A DNA stretch of 32,000 nt from Halosolutus amylolyticus. GTDB taxonomy: Archaea > Halobacteriota > Halobacteria > Halobacteriales > Natrialbaceae. The notes under the pieces are model-generated. The model was not told the DNA's origin and did no database searches. It was given only the letters and a program-made list of their open reading frames with translations. Position numbers and translations under genes: made by a program. This document shows, piece after piece, positions 24,875 to 32,000 of this stretch. The stretch spans positions 610,059 through 642,058 of the forward strand of contig NZ_JALIQP010000001.1 in the NCBI RefSeq assembly GCF_023566055.1, in the 5' to 3' direction. Within the stretch, counting starts at the first letter, position 1. Each line of letters begins with the position of its first letter.

Positions 24875-27800
24875 TGACTCACTTCCTGCTTCACAACCTG
24901 TTTCTCAGAATCCTCACCCTCCAGATGGACTCGTGCCATGATGTTCTCAGCCGACACCGACTGCTTCTTTTCGTCGATCTCCCGTTGGATGGCCTCTTGT
25001 AGTTGCTCAATCTTTCCGTCAAGCTCGCCTGGAGCAACTGGCTCATCGAACATCTCTGTAGACACGTGGACGTCGATAACCGCGGTATTAAGCTCTTCAA
25101 TGACCTCGTCAATTTGGCCGACTAGCCCTGACCGGTCATGAGAAGACATACTAGCGACCTCTGAGGCATCTGCAGATAGGAAGTCCTCTAGCCACTCTGC
25201 CTCGATACTGGGGTCCTCTTCCGCTTCTTCCAACACGTCCTGCAAACTCGACAACGCCCTCTCAAGATAGCTATCAGGCTTTAAGCTGCTGATATCCGGC
25301 TTGTCGAAGGTATCTCCCAGTTCAAATCCGCAACTACAGGTCAGGTTCACGCCCTGAAGCTGCGAACTCACTTCCCTGTTACAGGGCTGTCCTACATCTA
25401 ACTCTTCTAACTGCTGGCGTAGAGCGGACGCGAGTTCGTTATCCGCAAAGTTGTAATCGACCTTGTTCAGGTCTTGTAGCGCCTTGAACGAGTCCGAGGT
25501 TAGCCGGGTTTCAATCTCTGTATTAACCTCTTCTACCTTGTCGTAGTAGTCATGGTGGGCTTGGCGGTACCGTTTCGTATACTGATCCTCGAACTCCTCG
25601 ACAGTAGATTGAAGATTCCCGGCTGCAACCTCATTTCTGATGACCTTGGGGAAGTCAAGATTATCGCGGACCTCCTGAACATACGAGTCCAAAGAGTCAT
25701 CAGGCCAGTCTTGGAGAGCCTGGCTAGCTCGGGTGACAATGTTTTCATAGTCACTGAGGAAGACGGACAGGGAATCAAAAGTATCTACAGCATCTTCGAA
25801 GTCATCGACACTTCCGCATGTATCGATAACCGTGTCGTACACCTTCTCCAAGTTACCGCCAGCACTGGTTGCATTGTAATCGGCGGTGATGACGGTCTTG
25901 AGGTCTTCAAGATCGGACGTGAGCGTGGGATCTTCCTCCACTTCCGACATCAGGCGTTCATATCGGTTAATTCGGTCATCGATGTCGTCAGTTAAATCCT
26001 CGAAACGGTCTTGGAGAGAGGTCCAAACAGCGTTGTAGTTCTCCTGTTTGCGTTCTCGGCTGACATCCTCCGATAGAACGATATCTGCTATGTTTACGAT
26101 ATTAGTCCAGTTATCAGGAGCAGTCGGCGTCCTGATCGTCTCTATCTGCTTCCCGAGGTCATTATTCGTGAACTGGGCATCCTCAATGTTGGTGCTGGAG
26201 ACGACACCGCCCTCAATGATATTGCCAGTCACGGTTGCTTCTAACTTACTCTCCTTCACCAGTGAGAGGACGTAGATCGCAATGATTCGGGAGCTTAGGC
26301 CGATTGGCTGTGTCCGCAGCTCATTGTGGATTCGCTGGATAGGAAGACTGTCATCGTCATCTTCCGTCTCCTCCTTCAGAAGCTCAATGATCTTGTCCGT
26401 GTACTGATTGTCTGAAAGATCGAGTTCCTGTGGATTCCTTTGGGTGGTAATCTTGAGGCCTTGAGCAAAGTTGTTCGCTGCGCTCTCATACCGGGAATCC
26501 ATGGAGGTCGTTATCTTCCCGTATTTGACGATGCCCTCCAAGATTTTGTTCGTCTGCTTGTCTTCCCAGACGTTGTTCGAGGGGAAGGTGAGCTCGTTTT
26601 CGTTGTAAGTCCGGTTTAGAGGCTCTTGTACGATTTCTTGGACGTTGTTCTCAAGGCTTTGCTGGAAGGTGAAGTCGATGTCCGATAGTTCTGCAGAGAA
26701 GGCGTTTCCTTGGCGGAAGCAGTCCTTGATTATGCTTGGAAGCTCCGTCTCCACATCTTCTAACTGGCTTGCCGCCATTTCGCGTTTCTCGCTGGCATGG
26801 GGAGCATCGCTTCGCTCGTAGTCAGTAACAAGCTCAGTTAGTGCCTCGTATTCTTGGAGTTTGTTCACTTGGCGGTCGGACAGATCACGGGGGAGCCATG
26901 CGACGACACGTTCATCGTCTGCAGTGTCGAGAAGATCTTCGACATCGTCCCTAGCATCAGGGTCAGGGCGTTCTTGCACGTAGAGCCAGAACCGTTGGTC
27001 TTCGAAGTCGTCAGGTGTATTGACGCTTTTCCACCCGGTCAGATCTGCGATTGTGAGCTCCCCATCGACCTTGATATTCGTTTTCGTCCACGTGACGCTG
27101 AGGCTCTTGTCTTGGTCGACGTCTTGGAAGAGACCATACTCACCTAGTACATCTGCGAAAATGTCCCTGGCGTTGTCCTTGTCTTTCTCTCCGATTTTCT
27201 GGTTCTTGTCCTCCTGGATTGTGATTTCTTCTTCGACTTGGAACTCGTACGTACCGTTGTTACTGACGATGTACGGGACCTGGGTAAGATCCTCAAGGAC
27301 CTCTTCGTAGTAGATAACGTTCCCTTCAGGATCCTCTACCACTTCTCTCATCAGCGAGTTTGCTACACCGTGAGGCGTGATGCCTCGCTTGGAGATCGCA
27401 TTGAGGAAGAGGACCTTGATCACGTTGTTGGCAAACTCTTGATCCTCTATGGAGGGCAGATAATCTTCGACAGTTCTCTGGTAGTTCGAGTAGAGCTGAG
27501 GATGATGGGTTTTTAGGGAGTTAGTAGTTGTATCGCCGTATTCAGCGCCGAACTCATCGAAGAGGTAGTCGGGAGTGATGAGAGTTTGCTCCTTGGCGTG
27601 GTGCTGAACGGCACTGTGTAGTGCCTTGATCCCTGTTCTGTTGGTGTTATCGAAGGAGCTTGCCCGGTTAGCTAGTTCAAGGGTTTGCGGTGTGAATGGG
27701 AAGATCTCCTTGAAGTCCCCTATACGGGCATCGTCTACCCAGTCAAACCGGTCAGCAAAGTAGGAGTAGTACTCCTCGACGTATCGCTCGTTCTTACACT

Positions 27801-28773
27801 CCTTTATAACACGGTTGACAGCTATCTCTTGGAACTCGCGTTTCGTCCGGGTGAGAGTGAGGTTGTGTAGCCGGTCCTCGGCAATCAGCTTCCCACGTTG
27901 ACTGGTAACCCTCTCATTCTGCTCTAATGACTGCTGGGCAGCCATCACCATGGTAAACGGGAACTCGTCTTTGAGATCAGCTAGCGAGAAGAGAACGTCT
28001 TCGTCGTTCTTTGCCTCATCACCCCGTCGATTGAGGAACTCAGATATCTCGTCAACGATATAGAAGATGTGATCGAACTCCTCAAGAATCTCATCTAAGG
28101 CCAGTTCGAAAGAAGTTCTAAAGTCCTCGTCGACATCCAGGGAGATGCTTTCCTCTCGAAGCCAGGTGCGGATAGCACCCACGAACATCTCCTTGTCCGT
28201 ATTTTCCCAGGCCTCTTCGTCCCATGTACCGCCAGACTTCTCCAGGTAGTCGAAGAACGCTCGCTTATCCAGAGAAGCATCCTCGAAAGCATCGATGAGC
28301 CGGTCGTCCCGGCTTACAGGAAGCTCATTGCCAGTGGCCTCCAGGTATGCATCTTTCGTCTGCTCAATGATGTTTCTGTGCAGACTTTCTTGTACGTCTC
28401 CTCCTCCAGCTAAACTGAAGGGGATGACGAGTACATCTTTCTCAGAAATTGGGCTTCCGAGACTGACGAGCGAGTCCCGTTCAAGGTATTCGTAGGCTTC
28501 CGGAGTGTGAAGCCGGAAGAGACTGTAGAGGCTTGCGAGGACGTGGCTTTTACCGCTTCCGAACTCGCCCTGAAGCCAGAATGTCCCGCCTTGATCGTCG
28601 GGGATTCCAGAGAGTATTTTGACGAGATGTTTTTCGAGTTCGTCTGTGACGATGAAGTTGTCCAGAATATCATCTGGATCTTCTTCGGCGTGTTGAAGGT
28701 CGATTGCTCCACGAATCTTGTCGGGAAACGTGATTACCTCGTCGAGAGGTTTGAGTTGATCTCTGGATGTCAT
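24871..28773 (-). CDS. brxC: BrxC/PglY-like large P-loop ATPase (BREX core)
   Basis: 1300 aa. The N-terminal FWLQGEFGSGKSHVLASLYSLF is the DUF499/BrxC-type Walker A context. Positioned directly upstream of pglZ and downstream of two small genes. ATGA overlap with the upstream stop. Confidence 0.8.
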   Translation of the reverse strand: MTSRDQLKPLDEVITFPDKIRGAIDLQHAEEDPDDILDNFIVTDELEKHLVKILSGIPDDQGGTFWLQGEFGSGKSHVLASLYSLFRLHTPEAYEYLERDSLVSLGSPISEKDVLVIPFSLAGGGDVQESLHRNIIEQTKDAYLEATGNELPVSRDDRLIDAFEDASLDKRAFFDYLEKSGGTWDEEAWENTDKEMFVGAIRTWLREESISLDVDEDFRTSFELALDEILEEFDHIFYIVDEISEFLNRRGDEAKNDEDVLFSLADLKDEFPFTMVMAAQQSLEQNERVTSQRGKLIAEDRLHNLTLTRTKREFQEIAVNRVIKECKNERYVEEYYSYFADRFDWVDDARIGDFKEIFPFTPQTLELANRASSFDNTNRTGIKALHSAVQHHAKEQTLITPDYLFDEFGAEYGDTTTNSLKTHHPQLYSNYQRTVEDYLPSIEDQEFANNVIKVLFLNAISKRGITPHGVANSLMREVVEDPEGNVIYYEEVLEDLTQVPYIVSNNGTYEFQVEEEITIQEDKNQKIGEKDKDNARDIFADVLGEYGLFQDVDQDKSLSVTWTKTNIKVDGELTIADLTGWKSVNTPDDFEDQRFWLYVQERPDPDARDDVEDLLDTADDERVVAWLPRDLSDRQVNKLQEYEALTELVTDYERSDAPHASEKREMAASQLEDVETELPSIIKDCFRQGNAFSAELSDIDFTFQQSLENNVQEIVQEPLNRTYNENELTFPSNNVWEDKQTNKILEGIVKYGKITTSMDSRYESAANNFAQGLKITTQRNPQELDLSDNQYTDKIIELLKEETEDDDDSLPIQRIHNELRTQPIGLSSRIIAIYVLSLVKESKLEATVTGNIIEGGVVSSTNIEDAQFTNNDLGKQIETIRTPTAPDNWTNIVNIADIVLSEDVSRERKQENYNAVWTSLQDRFEDLTDDIDDRINRYERLMSEVEEDPTLTSDLEDLKTVITADYNATSAGGNLEKVYDTVIDTCGSVDDFEDAVDTFDSLSVFLSDYENIVTRASQALQDWPDDSLDSYVQEVRDNLDFPKVIRNEVAAGNLQSTVEEFEDQYTKRYRQAHHDYYDKVEEVNTEIETRLTSDSFKALQDLNKVDYNFADNELASALRQQLEELDVGQPCNREVSSQLQGVNLTCSCGFELGDTFDKPDISSLKPDSYLERALSSLQDVLEEAEEDPSIEAEWLEDFLSADASEVASMSSHDRSGLVGQIDEVIEELNTAVIDVHVSTEMFDEPVAPGELDGKIEQLQEAIQREIDEKKQSVSAENIMARVHLEGEDSEKQVVKQEVSQ

Positions 28774-29291
28774 TTTTTAACCTGGATAACTGTGGTGAAC
28801 GGCGTAGTCTCTAATTCTTTACCATTTACGTATATGTGCTGTCCTTCAACCGTGGCGTCGGCCAGCACAACTGCCTTCTTCTCGTTCTGCGCGATCCTCT
28901 GAACTGCAGGAATCAAATCGAAGTCATATCGAAGCGCGACCTCAAACCTCTCTAACATTACGAGAGAGGCAGGTTCAAACTGTTCTTGGAGAATAGACTC
29001 AGTGGCATCAGAGATCCTCTGACGGATATGCTTAGGTTCGCCAGTAGTTCGTTCTGCCATCACCAACTGCTCGTAATCTTCTTGCTTCGTCACCAACTCA
29101 CTAACGGATTTATTCAAATTGACAACTGGGAACCCATGTGCGTCCGCTATCTGACCCTTGACTGCTTTGTCAAGAAGATCGCGCTCTCCAACAATCAACC
29201 AGACTTCTTTCCCACCGTCGCCTTCAGCGTGGCTCTCCAGAGCATCAGCGAGTTCCGGCAACCGCATCTCGTAATTTGAGAGCTCGGTCAT
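28770..29291 (-). CDS. brxB: BrxB-like (DUF1788-like) small protein
   Basis: 173 aa, immediately upstream of and overlapping brxC, which is the canonical brxB position. Loose resemblance to the DUF1788 layout (KEVWLIVGERD...GFPVVNLNKSVSELV early, a hydrophobic VVLADATVEG strand late). The assignment rests mainly on context and size. Confidence 0.5.
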   Translation of the reverse strand: MTELSNYEMRLPELADALESHAEGDGGKEVWLIVGERDLLDKAVKGQIADAHGFPVVNLNKSVSELVTKQEDYEQLVMAERTTGEPKHIRQRISDATESILQEQFEPASLVMLERFEVALRYDFDLIPAVQRIAQNEKKAVVLADATVEGQHIYVNGKELETTPFTTVIQVKK

Positions 29292-29298
29292 GGTCTAC

Positions 29299-30090
29299 TC
29301 ACGTGGAAACCCCGTTTTCTGCACCGGACTCAGAGAGTCCAGCCAGCTCCGAGCTGATGTCCTCTGGATTATACCGTAACTTCACTTGCTCCATATCACT
29401 GATAAACGAATACTCCCACACGTCGGCATTCCACCCATCATAGATGAATTCCTGCAGGGCCTCATCATCGAACAGGCCTGCACGCCTGGTTAGTGAATTC
29501 TGAATATCCTCAACGAAGTACATCTGAGGGTCACCCAACTCGTGGTGGAGAGAATACACAAAAGCCGGTAAGGAACGATTCCCTGTAAGAAGATACCTGT
29601 CTTCATCTCCATCCGCCTTCTCGATAAGATTGAACTGAGTGAAGCACCGGAGGATATCCTTCGTAGTTCTCTCCTCGTTCCCTACCTCTTTAGTCTCGAA
29701 GAAGTTCTCTAACTCTGACTTCGTAATCGAATTGACATCGTTGAGCTTTGGTGCAAAGAACTCTTCGAGAACCGTGGATAGAACCTTGTTGGACAAAGCG
29801 TAGTGATAGAAAATCGCAGACCTGAGTGAGTCATCCGAGAGATTCTTCGCAGACCCTACGAGAGGAGTACTAAGAGGGTCCTCGTTTGCCTCATCGAAGT
29901 AGGGATCGTCGACGAACAACCGCTTAGCGAGAATAGCGGCGTACCGCTTTCGAACCTGCTTGCTATTCTGTGGAAGCAGATCTTCCACAACATGCTGCTT
30001 CAACGCCTCCAGCGAGTCAAACTCAGAAGCCTCTCGAACAACTTGGATCGCTTCGTCAGCCAGAACCACACTGATATCTTTTCCTTCCAT
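29299..30090 (-). CDS. brxA: BrxA-like (DUF1819-like) protein
   Basis: 263 aa, 7 nt upstream of the brxB-like gene. SKQVRKRYAAILAKRLF and LRSAIFYHYALSNKVLSTVLEEFFAPKL...ITKSELENFF...TKDILRCFTQFNLIE resemble the helical DUF1819 pattern. The assignment is partly contextual. Confidence 0.5.
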   Translation of the reverse strand: MEGKDISVVLADEAIQVVREASEFDSLEALKQHVVEDLLPQNSKQVRKRYAAILAKRLFVDDPYFDEANEDPLSTPLVGSAKNLSDDSLRSAIFYHYALSNKVLSTVLEEFFAPKLNDVNSITKSELENFFETKEVGNEERTTKDILRCFTQFNLIEKADGDEDRYLLTGNRSLPAFVYSLHHELGDPQMYFVEDIQNSLTRRAGLFDDEALQEFIYDGWNADVWEYSFISDMEQVKLRYNPEDISSELAGLSESGAENGVST

Positions 30091-30095
30091 GTGTA

Positions 30096-32000
30096 CTACT
30101 CCTGGTCAATGTCCCCTAACGTAGATTGTGCCGGATCGATCTCGGGATCGCTTTCCTCATCGCCTCCGTCTGTCTTTTCGGCCTTGGCCTCGCTGATCCG
30201 GCGACGTCGACGGATGTTACTCTGTACGTCATCAGGTAGTTCCTCGATGTCGATGTAGTCGTAGAGGAGAAGTGCGTCTCGGTGACGGTCCTCGTCTTGG
30301 AGATACCGGATACCGTACTCCAAGACGTGTAGTGGAGGTGCCTCTTCGATGTGTTCGTTGTTTTCGAGCTTGGAGACAAACTGGTCGACGGCATGTTCTT
30401 GATGACCTTCCTGACGTCGCTCGACCTCTAGTTTCTCGTCCTCCGTTTCTGGCAACCGCCACTTCTTACGGTCCTTGATGAAGTTCCGCTCAAGCAGTTC
30501 ATCGAAGTTCTCCGGTTGCTGATCGACCTCGTTGGTGACAACCTCGTAGAGGTCGGAATACGTGGAGCCACCGTTTTCTTCGAGGTATTCTTCGATAGCG
30601 CGTTGGGCAATCAGGTCTGTGGAGAAGTACTCCAGATCGGGGTCGTATTCTTGGTGGTAGTCAGGTGGATGCCACCTGGTCCTGCCACGATCATCGATGT
30701 TCTTCTCGTAGTTCTCCTCCAAGATTGATTCCCAGTCGGGACGGAGATTCAGGGCGTTGTTCTTCTTTAGAGTTTTAATCACTTCATGGAAGACTTGTTC
30801 TGGGAGGACTCCCCGACCGAGATATCCTGAACGGACGACGTTGTCTATCGCTGTCGTGACCCTCTCCATGATGTCTTTCGGTATCTCCTCGGGAGGGGTT
30901 TCGAACTCAGCATCGTCCATAGATTCTGGAAGTTTGAAGTAATTGACAACGGTGTCTCGCCGCTGTGCTTTGTCCTCCTTCATCTGCTTCCAGGATTTCT
31001 GCTTCATGTCCAGAGATAGGCTACCATTGTACGGGGTGAACCCGATGTCAATGATGGCGTTGTTGAACCTCTCCCACATAGCAGGATCACTATTGTTGAA
31101 GGTAATCGTCACCCAGCGACCAGGCTTGAGTTTAGCGTAAATTTCTTCAAAGACCTCATGAATCTCCTCCTCCCATTTGTCCTCATCTTTGTCCTCTCGC
31201 TCACTGCTATCGCTTACGACAATTTCCTTCTGAAAGTCTTCCTCTTCTTCTAACCATGCTGTCCAGAGAAGGTTCACCTCTGCGTATGGAACCGTATCGC
31301 CGTATGGCGGATCTATGAAGACGTAATCAATTGATTCATCAGGAATGTCATTGAGATCCCGGGCGTCATCTGTAAATACTCGGGCGTCACTATCTGGATT
31401 ATAGTCACTCTCAACGAGGTCCTTGAAGTGTTCCCTTGCTTTCCGGACGTAGCGATTATATTTGTTGTCGAAAGAGTTCCAGACATTGATCTCCTTGTTT
31501 TTCGGCGGGATGTAATAGGTCCCCTTCATAATACTCGTGTTTGGCCGGTCTTGAGCCATTTTACTCGTATTAGCGGCTATCCCGGTGAAGGCGAAGAGTA
31601 GGTGTTGTCGAATAGGACCTTCCTCTGTTTCGTTGACAATAGCCTCTCGGAGCTTCGCTAGGGCAAGTAGGTTTCTTTTGCTATATAGGTCACAAACCCT
31701 CATTCCTTCAGAGACGTTGATACGGGAGTTAGGTAGGAGTTCCTTAGTTGGATACCAGTGAGGGTTTTCTTTTTTCTCGATTTCATCAAGGAGATCAACA
31801 TCTTTTTGATCGATATCGCGCTGTTTGTTGCCTCGCCCACCGCAGCTCGGGCAATCTAATGCAACCCCAACAGGGACACGATCAAGAGCTTCCTGAGTAC
31901 CTGGCTTAAATTCGTTATCACAATTCGGGCAGATATATTTCGATGTGTAGTCTTTCTTCTCTATCTCATCTAAATTCAGCTCTGACCCACACCGCTTGCA
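30096..32000 (-). CDS. DNA (adenine/cytosine-N) methyltransferase with DPPY motif and inserted zinc ribbons (COG1743-like); 5' end lies beyond the right window edge
   Basis: The track ORF starts at an internal Met (31703). My translation of 31704-32000 in the same frame is open to the window edge (99 codons): CKRCGSEL..x..CPNCDNEF...DCPSCGGRG...NPHWYPTKELLPNSRINVSEG. Downstream lie LYSKRNLLALAKLREAI, then IDYVFIDPPYGDTVPYAEVNLLWTAWL (DPPY at 31302-31313) and LKPGRWVTITF. The stop is 5 nt before the brxA-like start. Confidence 0.8.
   Translation of the reverse strand, partial: CKRCGSELNLDEIEKKDYTSKYICPNCDNEFKPGTQEALDRVPVGVALDCPSCGGRGNKQRDIDQKDVDLLDEIEKKENPHWYPTKELLPNSRINVSEGMRVCDLYSKRNLLALAKLREAIVNETEEGPIRQHLLFAFTGIAANTSKMAQDRPNTSIMKGTYYIPPKNKEINVWNSFDNKYNRYVRKAREHFKDLVESDYNPDSDARVFTDDARDLNDIPDESIDYVFIDPPYGDTVPYAEVNLLWTAWLEEEEDFQKEIVVSDSSEREDKDEDKWEEEIHEVFEEIYAKLKPGRWVTITFNNSDPAMWERFNNAIIDIGFTPYNGSLSLDMKQKSWKQMKEDKAQRRDTVVNYFKLPESMDDAEFETPPEEIPKDIMERVTTAIDNVVRSGYLGRGVLPEQVFHEVIKTLKKNNALNLRPDWESILEENYEKNIDDRGRTRWHPPDYHQEYDPDLEYFSTDLIAQRAIEEYLEENGGSTYSDLYEVVTNEVDQQPENFDELLERNFIKDRKKWRLPETEDEKLEVERRQEGHQEHAVDQFVSKLENNEHIEEAPPLHVLEYGIRYLQDEDRHRDALLLYDYIDIEELPDDVQSNIRRRRRISEAKAEKTDGGDEESDPEIDPAQSTLGDIDQE

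Noticed and set aside
1-32000. Search for mobile-element hallmarks (transposase, integrase, terminal inverted repeats, tRNA-adjacent att sites) and for rRNA, tRNA or CRISPR.
   Set aside because: No ORF shows DDE, tyrosine- or serine-recombinase motifs that I could recognise, and no flanking repeats bracket the A/T-rich blocks. None of the intergenic spacers looks like a structured RNA gene or a repeat-spacer array. Absence by eye is not proof; tRNAscan, Infernal and CRISPR finders should be run.

Overview
The window looks haloarchaeal: the predicted proteins are strongly acidic (D/E-rich), and TATA-like boxes sit about 27-30 nt upstream of several ATGs, which fits leaderless mRNAs. It is packed almost end to end with DNA-targeting genes. 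I support 22 protein-coding genes and found no rRNA, tRNA, CRISPR array, transposase or integrase. Contents from left to right: (1) 1-1613(-), a gamma-class N6-adenine methylase that runs off the left edge and is absent from the ORF track, with a small upstream gene. (2) 2326-10177(-), a translationally coupled mre11-rad50-nurA-[221 aa unknown]-herA cassette. (3) 10436-12643(+), an A/T-richer three-gene cassette: a GepA/SocA (Panacea)-like winged-helix protein, an Hjc/Mrr-like PD-(D/E)xK protein, and a 418-aa protein with a CxCxxC...H motif like the zinc site of tRNA-guanine transglycosylases (TGT/DpdA). (4) 12891-13130(-), a small conserved-looking acidic protein. (5) 13252-17911(+), a McrBC-type pair whose McrB carries three tandem PUA/EVE-like modules. 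(6) 18073-18552(+), a protein made of four zinc-ribbon repeats. (7) 18686-19672(-), an HNH nuclease with a duplicated winged helix. (8) 19899-22373(-), a GmrSD-type DUF262/DUF1524 nuclease. (9) 22688-32000(-), a BREX-like operon (Zn-ribbon DPPY methylase, brxA-like, brxB-like, brxC, pglZ) that runs off the right edge. The best candidates for something undescribed are the non-canonical BREX architecture, the GepA-like/PD-(D/E)xK/TGT-like cassette (possibly a 7-deazaguanine-type DNA modification or restriction module), and the five-gene Mre11-Rad50-NurA-X-HerA cassette sitting inside a defence island. All family assignments come from motifs I read in the translations. No database search was run.
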